Part shown: one piece after another, positions 25,578-39,889 of the stretch
Position numbering within the stretch: the stretch's first letter is position 1
Layout: every line of letters begins with the position of its first letter
Source: Paraspadella gotoi
Taxonomy: Eukaryota > Animalia > Chaetognatha
Direction: 5' to 3'
NCBI GenBank assembly: GCA_051294375.1
Contig: CM119268.1
Location: 11,490,200-11,554,199 of the forward strand
Length of the DNA: 64,000 bases
The notes under the pieces: model-generated
Told to the model about the DNA's origin: nothing
The model's database searches: none
Seen by the model: the letters and a program-made list of their open reading frames with translations, nothing else
Position numbers and translations under genes: made by a program

Positions 25578-28548
25578 TCACAAGTATGTTCTGCAATTTT
25601 CGTCGAGAGGGATCGCCTTGTCCTCGAAGGATCCGCTCTTGTCTTCCGCCAAGATCCTTTTGTCCTGCAAAGAGATCATCTTGTCCTGTCGCACCAAGAC
25701 TTGAATATCGACCACCAGGGGGAGAGGATCAGGTCTATCGTCCTCTTCGTCGATGAAGACGCTGACGTCGCCGTCGTAGGCGTCGTTCGAAGTTCCATCC
25801 GTGGCCACGTCGACGATGCCATTCAGATGTTCGTTCGAAGCGTCGCCTTCGTCTTTGTCTTCAACGCCGTTGACGAGGGGCGACGTTTCTCTGGAAACGT
25901 CGCGGGAAACGTCACGCGCGACACGAGGCGAATCGACGAAAGCGTCGCGTAGCAGAGCGTGAGACGTAAAGATGGGCGCGTCCTTCGTCGGACGCGACGA
26001 TCGATCGCGAGGTCGAGAATCAGAAGAACCGGAAATCCTTTCCAATTTCTCTTCACTTCCGCTTTCGATCTTCGCCCAGTCATCCGCGTCGTTAATGACG
26101 CCGCTGCCATCGTTCGACGGATCCGCACCTTCTTCTGTCGCGGCGCCTTCCTCGACGCATTCGGTGGCGCCGTAACTTCCCCCTGCGCCGGGATAATCGA
26201 TAATTGGCGCCTCCAGCGTCGACTTTTTTTTCGTTGTCGTCGTCGTCGTCGTCGAACTGGAACTGGATCGGCGCCGGAGTTTCGTCCGGATGGAAGACAA
26301 CGACAACCGACTGAACCGGCGCGCCTTGTCGACGACTCCGAGATCCTCCGGCGCGCCGACGCCGTCGTCGTCCTCGGCGGGGTCGATCTCTATGACCACG
26401 GCGCCGTTTACCGCGCCGGCTTCCGTCGGCTCCGTCACGTCGACGAAAAGCGGCGTCTCCATCGTTGGCCTTTCCGTTCCGGACTCGGGACTCGTCCCGC
26501 GCTCGAAGCTTCGACCCCACGGGTTCAGGCGGAGGAACTCCTTTGCCCACTTTCGGTCCAGCGGCTGGCGCGGCATCGGAGCGGCGGTTGCTGCGGTGTT
26601 TCGAGAGAGCGAGGGGGCTAGGGCGGGGTCGGGAAGAAGGAGATCACCGGCGTTGACGGGGCGTTGGAGGAAATCCTTGAAGGAGGGAAGATTTTCGCGG
26701 AGTTGACGAGGGCCTGGAGGAGAAAAGGTGAGGGGGTTATTGATAAAATAAAATTATTAAAAAAAGTTGAGTCTATGGCAACAGCTGTTGGCTTTGGGAG
26801 CTTCCGACCCTCAATGACACCTCCAGTCACTGGCGCGGTTACCCTAGGACGGTCTCGCTTTGCCAACGCAGAGGGAAGTCGTTAGGAATGTGCATGGAAC
26901 GGAACTGAGCCAATGGGATAGGCTGAACGAGGCAGGTTGTGAAGCAGTGTGAATATATCACCACATGTCCATCATCCTCACTCTGTTCACCTCTCCCGAC
27001 GCAAGGGTTGTCAGAGAGCGCTCCCCCGACCCCCAATTCCCCCTTCGCGGCGAGCGCTTCTTCGCTTGTGCTCCAGTGCTTCGTCAAGCATTGGGGCGAC
27101 GACTGCACGGCTCGAGAGGGAGTCGACGGCGAACCGGAGACGTCGAGGAAACCTCCGCTGCCGCGACGATCGCTTCCGCGGTGACCGCTTCCGCTTCGAC
27201 CGCAGCCTTAAAGAGAGAAAATATAAACGTTTTTTTAGTTTTTATAGAAAACAGACGAATTCACAGAATTTTACACAATGACTCCAAAAAATTAACGAAT
27301 TACTAATTAAAGTCTAACCAAAAGAATATCCCAAATCCATCCCCACCTTCGGATCTCGGCGGCGGCTCTAACCGCGCCGAGAGCGCCGGCGACGGCCGCG
27401 CCCCCTCTCTCTCGGCGTCGCCCCCATCGCCGGGCGCGCGAACGCCCGGCAGAGGAGTGACGGGCAGCGGAGGCAGAGGGCTTCGACTGCGGTGATGTCG
27501 ATAGGCGGCGGGAAGCCCGGCCATGTGCGCTCGCGCCACGGGCAACGGCGCCGGACGAGGCATCGGCCGCCGCCCGGCGTGATAGGGTCGGGCGCCGGGA
27601 ACGGAAGGCTTGAGGGACGAGGGGAGGAAGCGGCGACAAGGGTAGCATAGGAAGCTGGTAGAGGAGAGGGAGACAGTTTTAGTTTTGTTAAAAACGGACA
27701 AAATATAAAATCTTAACTTATACTTATATTTAAAGTTATAAATTTCAAAGACGAAAAAAAAAAATTCCTTTCTTTCTGACGTCGAGCTCACTTCGTCTAA
27801 TTCGCCAAAAGGGGAAGGAAGAGAATCATTATCACATTTCCGCTGTGAATTCACGTTCGCGACGACCTCTTCAATCACCCGCGGTGATCAAGACGAAGTC
27901 ATCACTCCTCCTCATCACTCGACGCGTCTAGACTGAAGACGAATTTTTTTCTACTTTTTTTTGGTGTTTTTTTTTTCTTTCGATTTCATCGCCTCTTCAG
28001 TCCCCACTATGTCCTCATCTCTCCGTCCCCTTTTCTCTCTTACCCCCAACCACCTCATCAAAAAGGGTCGTTTTTCCCTCGGTTCAATCTTAAAAGGTTA
28101 TAACCTCGCGTTGTCTCGAGAGTGACCCTGAATTGGACTCACATCGAGGAAAGTAATTGACATTCACAGCGGAGGCGTCCATCGCCTTTGTAACGTATCA
28201 CAAAACGGTGACTTCATTTCCTCTACATTTTTCCTGAGTGCATCAATTTTGAGAATGCTCATCTAGCTTTTACTCCTCAATTCGTAATAAAACTTTACCC
28301 GAAGAACGTGTGTCGGAACTTGTCCGAAACGATGACGTACAACAAAAAGTCCGTGGAGGGTTTGATGGCGTCCAAAAGGTAAGAGATCCAGCGGAAATAA
28401 TCCAGCGCGTCCGTGTCAATCCATTTGAATTCTGGGGAGAGAGAGAGAAAAAGTGACATTAGACGAAAGAGCATTCTTAACTCGTTTGAGTTTTCGCCTT
28501 TTTTTTTGCTGTCATTGTCGTGGTCTACGTTTTCTTCTTCTTCGTCCA

Positions 28549-28593
<45 letters not shown>

Positions 28594-28704
28594 TTTCGAA
28601 GTCAGCTTTCGTCGCTATAACTTCAAGTTCAACGGTTCAGATTCCATTCATCAAGTAGTTTCGCGTGGTTCGGTCAAGTTCAGAATAAATCACTAAGAAG
28701 AGAG

Positions 28705-28750
<46 letters not shown>

Positions 28751-31700
28751 AAGAGAGAGAGAGAGAGAGAGAAAGGAGCAGAAAGAGAAGACATAATATC
28801 GGGCGTAAAAATAGATATATTTCGTGAAGTTGTGGCGTCATAGAAAGAGGAAAAGGGGATGAGGCGTCCGGGAAATCCAATACCGCCTCGATAGGGTTTT
28901 ACGGGCGCGACTACAAAAATGAGAATAATAAGAGAACTTGGGGGTCGGGGGGGGGGGCTGAGAGCGTCGGAAGGGGGAGGTTGCTTATTTGCCTTGGCCT
29001 CTGGGGCGAATGAGGTGTGTCCGAATAAAGTTTGGCACATTTTTGGCACATTTAGTTATTAGTTTATTCTTCGAATGAGGAACTTGATTGATTGATGTAA
29101 AAAACTTTGTGATAACTAAATATTTCGATAATAATCGAATAAATATTTATAAGTTTTGCGAGTACATCTTGAATCAAATAGAAAATACATTGGCTCGATG
29201 GAACACACTACTCTCGTATGCGTGGGCGTTCCACGTGACGCGAGATTTAATATCCTGAGAGACCTTGCGGAAAAGTTATAAAGCGAATAAAGAGGAAGAA
29301 TCTGAAAACGAGGCTGGAATGCGAAAGAGATGAATTGACTGTAGGAAAGTAAACATTTCAACTGTAAACATTGGGTAAAACTGTGAACGGTGAATGTCGT
29401 AAAAGTTGTGAGAGAAAGAAGAATCGTGAATTATTGACTCCGCCTTCACCGGGAAAAGTGAACCTCACCGGATTCCGAAGAATCGAACGCCTCGAAATGG
29501 AAGCGTCACCCCCGAAAATGTACAACTACATCGGAAACGTCACGCTGGAAGCGACGAAAAACGTTACGCCCTTAATTATTTTCCCGGGAGTGTCACGCTT
29601 CGCTTCGTGTGACAACGGCGTCGCTTGAAAGACAAAAACCTCTACGGCTTCTCATGAATAAAAGAAGAAAGGGATGTAATGGAATGAGAGAGAAGAGAGG
29701 ATGAGAGTAGTAGAAGAGAAGAGAGGAAGAGAGAAGAGAGAGATGAGTAGAGAGAGACGAGAGACAGAGATGAGAGAGGAGAGAGAGGACGGAAGACAGA
29801 GGCGGGATGGGAGAGGGAAGAGAAGACGACGGAGAGGCGAGGGAGAAGGAGAGAAGAGAGACGAGAAAGGAAGGTGGAGAAGGAGGAGAGAGGGAGAAGA
29901 GAGAGACGAGGAGAAGATGGAGGATAGGAGAGAGAGAAGCGGGAAAGAGAGGAGGAGGGTGAAGAGAGATAGCAGCGGAAGAGGTGAGAGAATGGGATGG
30001 AGGACGAGGAGAAGAGTAGGAGAACGAGAGAGAGGAGCAAGAGAGAGGGAGAAAGAGGAAGAGAGAGAGAGAGAGGAGGAGAGAGCAAGAGAGAGTCCGG
30101 AGAGAGAGAGAGAGAGAGAAGAGACGAGAGGAGAGAGGGAGAGAGACAGAGATGAAGAGTCAGACGGAGAGAAGGGAGACGAGAAGAAGGTTTCGGGCCA
30201 TTTCCCGTAAAATGTTCCGCTCTTTTATATTCTTCGAAGCTTCAAAATTAAATCAACTCGTGAAATAAAAAAAATGTTTAAATCTTTAATCCACCAATAC
30301 TGTGAATCCACTAATCCACCAATCCACCAATAGTGTGAAATCGTTTTCAAACTACATTTAACGCGCGGTTTTGTAAAACGCTCAACGTGTTGTGCGGACG
30401 GTGTTTCGAATCTAGTACTTAATTTTCTGAGAAAGAGAAAAATGCTTCGTTTTTTGTTAATTAAATTAAATATTTTGTTAAATGATAAACATCTGTTAAT
30501 TTTAATTATTTTCTAAAGATCTCTCCATTTGAAATTCACGCGTAATCTCAACTGCTCTAACGATAGTCAATTTGCGAGTCTTGGGGTCGTCTTAACTTTT
30601 ACGATTTTATACAGGAGACTGTCTGTCTCTCTCTCTCTTTCTCTCTCTCCTCTCTCTCTCTCTCTNNNNNNNNNNNNNNNNNNNNNNNNNNNNNNNNNNN
30701 NNNNNNNNNNNNNNNNNNNNNNNNNNNNNNNNNNNNNNNNNNNNNNNNNNNNNNNNNNNNNNNNNNNNNNNNNNNNNNNNNNNNTCTCTCTCTCTCTCTC
30801 TCTTTTTCCAGCAAAGTGCAGATTTTGTTGTACAAAACAACTGGAAAAAAGAGAGTAAAAAAAAAGGGAAAGAACGAGGGACGATGCAGAAATTAGAAGC
30901 GGTGAGGATCTGCAGAGAAACAAGGACGAAGGCAGGGACGAGCAAATTGGAAGAATACGTGTAACAAAGATGAACGACAATGGAGGAAGATTGGAAGGAG
31001 AGAAATGAATAACAGGGAAAAGAAGATTAGAAAGAGATAAAGAAATGATAATGAGAAGAAGATTGGAAGGAGAAAAAGGAATGGGAAGGAGAAGGAGATT
31101 AGAAGGAGAGAAGGAAATGAAAATGAGAAGAAGATTAGAAGGAGAGAAAGGAATGAGAAGGAGAAGGAGAATAGAAGGAGAGAAGGAAATGATAAAGAGA
31201 AGGAGATTGGAAGGAGAGAAAGGAATGGGAAGGAGAAGGAGATTAGCAGGAGAGAAGGAAATGATAATGAGAACAAGATTGGAAGGAGAGAAAGGAATGA
31301 AAGGAGAAGGAGAATAGAAGGAGAGAAGGAAATGATAATGAGAAGGAGATTAGAAGTGGAGGAGTTAATCAAAATGAAAGATAATAATAAATATGAAAAT
31401 AGAAAAATTGCAAGGATTTGAAATCGAAAAGAAAAAGAAATGTATGTCAAAAGTCTCCATCTAGTTTCTCCCATTTTTTACCCTCGTGGTTATGTTAGGA
31501 TACCTTTTCAGAGGAATGGATAATCTTTAATATTTTAGGCAAGAAATATTGGAAACACTAAATCTAGATAAATGAAATAACAAAAAAATTATCATTTTTA
31601 GATAATTGAAAAAGAAAACATAAAAATAGCTAAAAGAAAAAAAGAAAAACTAAAGAAGAGCGAGAGATAACGGAAAGACATTTTTGTCAAACGAGGGATG

Positions 31701-32562
31701 AGTGAAGATTAAAGAGAATTTACCGGAAGACGGGTGGCGTCGATACGTCTCTCTCTCTCTCTCCTTCTCTTTCTCTCTCTCTCTCTCTTCATCTCTCTCT
31801 CTCTCTCTCTCTCTCTGCTCTCTCTCCCGTCTCTCTCTCTCTCTCTCATTCTCTCTCTGTTCTCTCTTTCTCTTTCTCTCTCTCTCGCTCTGACGATGGG
31901 TGGCATCAGAATGAGCATTGAAACGAGGTTTAGTCTTTGATGTTCTGCAAGATTCTCTCTCTCTCTCTCTATCTCTCTCTCACTCCCTCTCTTTCAATCC
32001 GTCATGGCGGCGTCCCACTAAGCTTTCATCTCCATGCTCCCCGTTTTCTTTGTGACTCTCGTTGCCACAAAATAAACGAGAGACGCGACAACTATCGCCG
32101 TCGTCATGGCAACAAAATGGGCCGTAGAGTCTATTCCAAAGTAAAAATACGCGGGCGTAGATTTTACTCTGGCTAAAGTTCGATGTCTTTGTATTTTTTT
32201 TTTTTCGTTCCGTTGTCATTGTTACAAAGATATCTCTCATGAACACTTAGTAAATATATGCAGTAAATTAAAGTTTCCCTTAAACTTCGTTACACAAAAA
32301 GTTAGCATTTTTTCTGTTTTATAAATCGTGACCCGAGTCCATTTTTGTTAAAACAGCGTCCTCACCAAGCGGCATCAGAGCGATTATATCCAAATTGATC
32401 CCTCGTGGCATTACGCTACGTGACGCCGCGTGAAATCACGTGACGTGTCGAGGTCACGATTTGGAGGAGAACGATCGAACCGAACAAGAGTTAAAGGTTT
32501 CGTGGAACTCGGTTTCGTCAAAAATGAAGAAGAGAAAGAAAAAGAGAGAAAAAAATAGGAAC

Positions 32563-32633
<71 letters not shown>

Positions 32634-33308
32634 AGAAAAGAATTCATTATACTATTGCAAATCTTCAATGGCTAAAACTTTCATCCACGGATCTGTTTTT
32701 CAACTTCCCTCCATCCTCCCGCCTTTTTCACTGATCCAGTTTCGCTTCTCAAAACCAGCCGACGTTTCTTGAATTCCGATCGCGAGGTAAACAAAACTCC
32801 TTGGCGCCCAAGGAAATAAATGGCGGGAAGAGGATGGGCGTGGCCTTTGTGGTTTCATGGTGCAGAAAATGAGGTAAAATGAGGAAGAAAAGAGTAAAGA
32901 GAGAGAGAAAAAAAAGACCAAAGAAAGAAAAAAGAAGGATTAAAAAAAAAGGAAAAAGGGAAGAAAAGATGAAAAAAAAAAGAAAAGTAAACAGAAAAGA
33001 ATGAAAAAAAAAGAACAGGGGGGGTGAACTAAATGGTAAAAAAAAAACGGAAGTCGGCCTTTTATCGTCTTTTACTCGACGAAGAGAAAGGATGAGAGAA
33101 AACAGTTTTTTAAAGGATTGCAGATAAAAATTAGAGTAGAAGGAAAGAAAAGGAAAAAAAATTGAAAAAAAGAAAGAGATAATAATAAAACTAAAAAAAA
33201 GAAGGAAAGAAATAAAAAATAAAAAAGGAAGCAAACATGCAAGCAAGCAAGCAAGCAAAGCAATGCAAGAAAAGAAAGAAAGAAAGAAAGAAAGAAAGGT
33301 AGAAAGAA

Positions 33309-33356
<48 letters not shown>

Positions 33357-34350
33357 AAAAATAGAAATCGTGGATGGTTAAAAACAACACAAATATGATT
33401 TATATGTTACATAAAATTCCCTCCTTTTCAGCTTGAAAAAAAAATATTCTAAAGAAGAGCTCAACTTCTCCTCTTCTCCATTTCTCGCAACTTAAGTATT
33501 ATATAAACAAAAAGCTACGTAACATACTACATAGGAGCCACGGAATATGATAAAATTAGACTCAAAGAATATTCATCACTGATTCTTGTCTGAAAAGTAA
33601 ATGTCATTCAATTCAGAGATTCATTCAGACTTTTCAACATGAATGAAAAATTCCTTAGACGATTTCATGTTGTATAAAATATCAAAACGAAAAAAAAATT
33701 TAGAAAGGAGAAGAGCGATCGATATGGATGCAATAGCCAACGAACTTTGACCTTTCATGGTGAGACTGACCTTGAAAGCACATTTATGTATAATAGTTTG
33801 GCCTATGTATCTGTATAAAACATATAAGTAAAAAACTTTGAATATTTTTCAGCTATGTAAACAAAGAAAGCGAAACCACAAAAATCCGATCCTTTACACT
33901 TTTCCTAAAATTTCTGAATACAAATTTTAAAAAAATTTAAAAGCTCAGTCGGTCATCGGTCTGAATGAAATTAATAACTAAATTATTGTATTTTTTTAAG
34001 GCGAACGACTTGACTATCGTCTCGATATTTTTTTCAAAGAAGAAAAGTCGATGGTGATTAAATTGCGTCTCGGATCGACTTAGCGTCGCGTCAAAAGACT
34101 CGAACACAAAATCCACTTTCAGAGGAAAAGAAAAGAAGCTGAAAGGAAAAGGAAAAAAAAGGGAAAAAAGGGAAAAAAGGGAAAAAAGGGAAAAAAATAA
34201 GGCGGTTGAAAAAGTGAAAAGAAGGAGAAATTCTTCGAGTAAAAAGAGGGCAGATAGTGGATTTTGAAAACTGGAGAGTGAAGATTCTTGAATCTGAACC
34301 TAGGTCAGCTTCGGTTTTTTATTTTGGGACACAAGTTTTTCGTCAAAAAT

Positions 34351-34408
<58 letters not shown>

Positions 34409-36559
34409 TCACCAATCACGTGCACCCAAATCGGCCACCGACTCTTTGCCCGATTCCGTCTCCGCTTTCGGCGATGGGCGGCGCCACTTAAGACGTCGAA
34501 GGAGAAGAAAAGGCGGCGCTGATAAATAAGGACTTTGGCGCAAAGAAAATTGGGAAAGAAGAAAACGCTGATAAAGTAGGGGGGAAAAACATGATAAGAA
34601 AAAAAAAGAAAGAAAAAAGAAAGAAATAAAGAAAGAAAGAATGAAAGAAAGATTGAAAGAATGAAAGAAAGAATTAAAGAATGAAAGAAAGAAAAAATGA
34701 AAGAAAGAAAGTAATAAGAAAGATAAAGAAAGAGAGGAAGAAAGAAAGATCGACAAGAAAGAAACGGAAGAAAGAGAGAAGTAAAGAAAAACAATTTTTA
34801 AAATAATAAGACTAATCAATAGACGTTTGATTAAACAACGACAAAGAAAATAGAGAAAGCAATAAGTAAAGTGGTCGTAGCTGGCTTTTGATTCTAGAGC
34901 GAGGAACCAAGATTTCAAGCTGATACGCCAACAAAAATGAAGTTGGCGAAGCAAATATTTAAAGATTTACTATCATTTTAATTAATTTTAATTTCAAGCT
35001 GATACGCCAACAAAAATGAAGTTGGCGAAGAAAATATTTAAAGATTTATTATCATTTTAATTAATTTTAATTTCAAGCTGATACGCCAACAAAAATGAAG
35101 TTGGCGAAGAAAATATTTAAAGATTTACTATCATTTTAATTAATTTTAATTTCAAGCTGATACGCCAACTAAAATGAAGTTGGCGAAGAAAATATTTAAA
35201 GATTTACTATCATTTTTAATCAATAAGGACACGTGGTTGTCTCTGCTATGCGTAAACAAAGATTACAAACCGTATATCAAATAAATTTAATCAATAAATG
35301 ATTTATATATATCACAAATAAATAAATCAATCAATCAATCCAAGAGCTAGATCTCTCTCCAACCCTTTAACGACCAATTTCTCCGCGCATTAACGACCTT
35401 AACGATCGAGATTCAACTGGACTCGAACTCGCCACCTTTAGAATCGCCTCGGGGTCAAAAAGTTCAAGACGCTCGACTTCGGCTCGACCTCTCGAGGATC
35501 CACCGACCCGAATTCGGGGTGGTTTTTGGACACAAACTTTACCTTTCGATCGCTGATGGAGGGGCGGGGGGGGTAATGGTTCGCCTCTATCGTCACGATT
35601 CGCACCATAGATCATCTTTGGCGTTGGCAATCGCTCTTCAACGCCCACCGCCTCCTACCTTTTCCCTTTCACCTCTCGCTTCCCGCCTTTTCGCCTCCGC
35701 GCCCTCTCTCCCATTAATTACCTTTGAGGCTTCGCAACGCCCAGAGACTTCGGCGGACGACGGCTGGGAGGATCAGGACGAGAAAGATGGTGATGTAGCA
35801 ACTGCGAGAAATGGGAATGAAAACTATGAGCGGAAGAAAAAGAGAAGAGAAGAAAATTGATTACTGTAGATTAAAACGGGAGGAAAGAAGGAAAGGAAAG
35901 GTGGAAAAAAAAAAGAGAAAAAGGAAGGAAAGAGAGAAAAGACAGAAAGGTTAGAAAAAGAAAAGAAATGAAGATGGAAAGAAACAAAAATAAGAAAGAA
36001 AAAAAAGGAAAAAAAATAAGGAAAGAAGAACAAAAACGCGAGCAAGGTTCCAATGTAATTGCTTCCGTTTACGTCCTGGATGACATAAGACACCTTGGCT
36101 GAGACATTAATGGCTAATTGAACGACATCTGTGGCGGAAAAAAAATGAGCTTTTAAAAAAAAAATGCAAATGGAATTTATCGCCTGAGAAAATGGGAACA
36201 AGATGAAAACTGAAGATGGAGGAAATTGATGAAAAGGGTTAACCGGAAAAAAATGAAAAGAAGAAATTTGAAAAAAAAAGGGAAAAAATAAACGATTCGG
36301 AAAGATTCTGTCTCATTGATAAAACATGGGGAAGGTTGCGTAAATTGAAAAGAGAGAAAGAGAGAGAGAGAGAGAAAGAGAGAAATCATCTGTTATAAAA
36401 GAAGATTTAAATCGAATTAAGTCGTTTGGGGAGAGATATAAAAAAAAAAAAAAAATAAGAAGAAGGCACGCCTACGCATTGGGAAAATCCCACCGGCCTC
36501 TAAGCGTCAAGCTTTAGGATTAAGAGAAATAGGGAGAGAAATTGAGAGAGAGAGAGAGA

Positions 36560-36652
<93 letters not shown>

Positions 36653-37525
36653 TTGATACTTAACGCCCTCTCGATCGACAGACACACAGAGAGACACAGA
36701 GATAACCAGGTGGGCCAATAGACGGACCTACCGACTGACTTCATCGTTCTCACCTGCACAGGAAGCAGAGTTTGTGATTTTCGCTGGGGAAGGCCCCGCG
36801 GGAAAAACAACAGGGAAAATTAGATTTGGCCAAACCGGTCGAAGAAGAGGCCCGGGGTAAGGTGCCGGTTCTGAGGGTTGGGTGGCGTTGGGGATTTAAG
36901 GAAGATATCGGGATCGTGTTTATCATCATTTTTAGTTTTTTTTAAAAATAAATTCCATCTTTATCTCATATATATATCGCTCCAGATTGAAGTCCCTGTA
37001 TGTCCGTTCAGTTAAAAAAGCCATCGACTCACCTCCCGACTCCTCGATATCCCGCCACGGCGTTGTCGACGTTGTTGTTGACGCGAAACTTGGCTGCGCC
37101 GTTGACGAGCCACTTGGCCTCGCCGGGTCGCGTCGACAGGATGGAAGGGGAGCTCTTGATTCGTAGCAGCGGCGGTCTCGGTCGGACGGTGCGCTGCGGA
37201 TGCTGCGGTCGCTGCTGCTTTTCCTCCTCTGATCCGGCGGCGACGACGACGAGCCGCATCTCGCTCATGGATTGACGCTGACGGAAAGAGATGCTCTTGC
37301 GGAGGGCTGGGGGGGGGGGAGAGGGAAGGGTAAGTTAAAGGTAATAAAGAAAATGGAAAGGAGAAAAAAGGAATATGTGAGCAAAAGTTGGCGGAACTAA
37401 AACACAAGTAGAAATATGAAAAAAAAAATTGTAGTAGAAAGAATAAATAAAATGAAGTTAAAAAAAGAACGAAGTAGACGACAAAATAATTAGGTTCTTG
37501 CCAACATTGCCCAATAGCTCATGGA

Positions 37526-37569
<44 letters not shown>

Positions 37570-39640
37570 GTCCCTGACAGCACTCAGCCGTGAAAAGGGG
37601 CGACAAATGGGTCATCCTGAGGTTGAAAAAAGGTCGTCGGTTGGTCGCTTCGCTTCCTTTCTCTTTCTATCTTATTTTCTTTCGACCTTCTGAGAAATCG
37701 ACGGACTGCAGGACTGACTGACGGACTGATTGAATAACTGAATGTTCAAATGAAAAGGTGTATAACCGAATAACTGAATGAGTGAAAAAAAAACTAATTA
37801 TGATACAAATTACAGATTGAATGATAAAACCACCCAACGTCCTTACCCTTGATAATTCCAGCGTTGAAAATCAACATGATGAAAAACGGAATCCAAAATT
37901 TGAGCAAATTTTCCAAGACGACTCGATAGACCCAGATGTATATCTGTAAAACAAATGGGAAAAACGTCATCATCATCTTTATCATCATCATCATAGTCAT
38001 CATCTTCATCATAATCTTCATCATCATAGTCTTCGTCAAACATCCAGAATAGGGACCAATGGACTCACCCATTACTTACCTGGTCTCTTCTCAGCCACGT
38101 CTTGTCTGGTTTTTTGCACCATGATTCTCTGTCCTGCGCCGGAGCGTCGAAATTGTGTTTGTACTCGAAAAAAAGCGGAATGTTGATGCAGATGCTCGCT
38201 GGGGAAAGAAAAAGCAAATTGAATTTGGAAAAATAAAACTAATAATTAGGATAAAAAAAAAATCGCTATATATATTTCTAAGAAAAAAAAAGCATATTGC
38301 AGTTAAGAAAACACGCAAGTTAGTTTAGTATAAATAACCAAAATAAAGGTAGCTATGAAGAAAAAGAACAAAAAAAGGATAATATTGGAGACGAGCAAAT
38401 GAGTGTGAAAAAAGCAAAGGGGCCAAAAAAAGGGAAAAAAATGCCGAAAAAAAAACAGCTGAATTTAATTTCGTATCTTTGGTCGGCGCGACTCATGGCG
38501 TCACTGGATTTTTATGCAGATTAGATAAACATGGGTCGACAGACGTTCAAAGAAAAAAAATTTCGCTGCAAAGCCGTTTTTTAGACCCCCCCCCAAATTT
38601 TAAACAGACGATAAAAATAATAAATTTTGTTGTTTTTTTTCTGAATTTTTTTTCGTCGCTACAACGTTTACAAATTCCCAAATTGTCGTAAAGATTAAGC
38701 ATTTTCCACGATTGCATTCTACGAATAACTAAAATATGCGAATGAGCTTTTCGCGTCATTCTTAGAAGAAATATTTACCGATTGCGAAGACGAAGAGCAT
38801 TTTGAAAGTCCTGGATCTGGTGCACATCGCGTTGAAGTGGAGCGGCTTCGCAACTGAGATGTAGCGCTCCACTGAGAGACCCACGGAGAACCAGATCGTC
38901 GTCGTGTAGAAGATTTCCTAAAAAGGAGAAGGGGGAGGGGAGAGTCATGTTCTTTGGCCTTGTTGACAGGGGCTTTGTCGACGTTGTTCACATCTTTTAC
39001 ATCTTTGTCGTTGTCATCGTCTAAAATCTTTTTAAAGTATTTGACGCCATTATCGTCAAAGTCGTCGTCGTCGTCTTCTTTGTCGTAATGATTATTGTGG
39101 ATGTCGTCGTCATTCCGTATTTTTTGTCCTTAACTCGTTCTAGTAGTAAATCTAATTAAATTTTCGTCAACTTTTTTACCTAATAACCTTTTTTAAAAAA
39201 TAATGACGTTCATTAATCAAAAAGATTAATTGCCTCAGAAAAACTATAAATCTACACAAATGAAAATTGTTTCTCAATTTTTAAACTTTAAAGGTTTCTG
39301 TTTTTTCCCTTCGTTTCGCAAGAAAAGGAAAAGATAAAAAAATTACGCAAAATTTTATTTCCCATAATTCATGGTGATTTTTGTGAAGCGTCGCTTAAAA
39401 ATAAAATCATTCGACGTTAAACATAAAAACAAAAACACGATTTTCCCCGACAGCGACAACGATATTATTTCTTATCAAATAAATATAAATAAATAAAAAA
39501 GAAAGAAAAATCCGAAATACGATTTCAAATTTGATTTTTCAACGACCGCGTTTATTCTTGAGGGGACAAATGGATAGGGGGGGAGAAGAGAGGGGAGGAA
39601 GGCGGGAGAGAGAGAGAGAGGGGAGAGAGAGAGAGAGAGA

Positions 39641-39688
<48 letters not shown>

Positions 39689-39830
39689 ACGCAAGATCCA
39701 GTCGCGTGATTAGTGTTTAAAAGGAAAAATTCCTATGCGATGCTCGCTGGAGGAAATAAAACTTCTGAAGCTTTCTTTTTCTTTTTCTATCTCTCCTCTT
39801 TCGTTTTGCTAACCTCTCAATTCTCTATCT

Positions 39831-39889
<59 letters not shown>

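Noticed and set aside
29690-30190. Long irregular GA-rich tract with charged ORFs
   Set aside because: Degenerate microsatellite, possibly an error-rich read of an (AG)n array.
32760-32845. Candidate extra GPCR3 exon (ATPILFPPFISLG...)
   Set aside because: The TM6 exon (35801-35722) joins the TM7 exon directly in phase; this segment has the wrong entry phase and no good donor.
34912-35220. Palindromic repeats at regular spacing resembling a CRISPR array
   Set aside because: The intervening sequences are identical rather than unique spacers, there are no cas genes, and the context is a eukaryotic intron.
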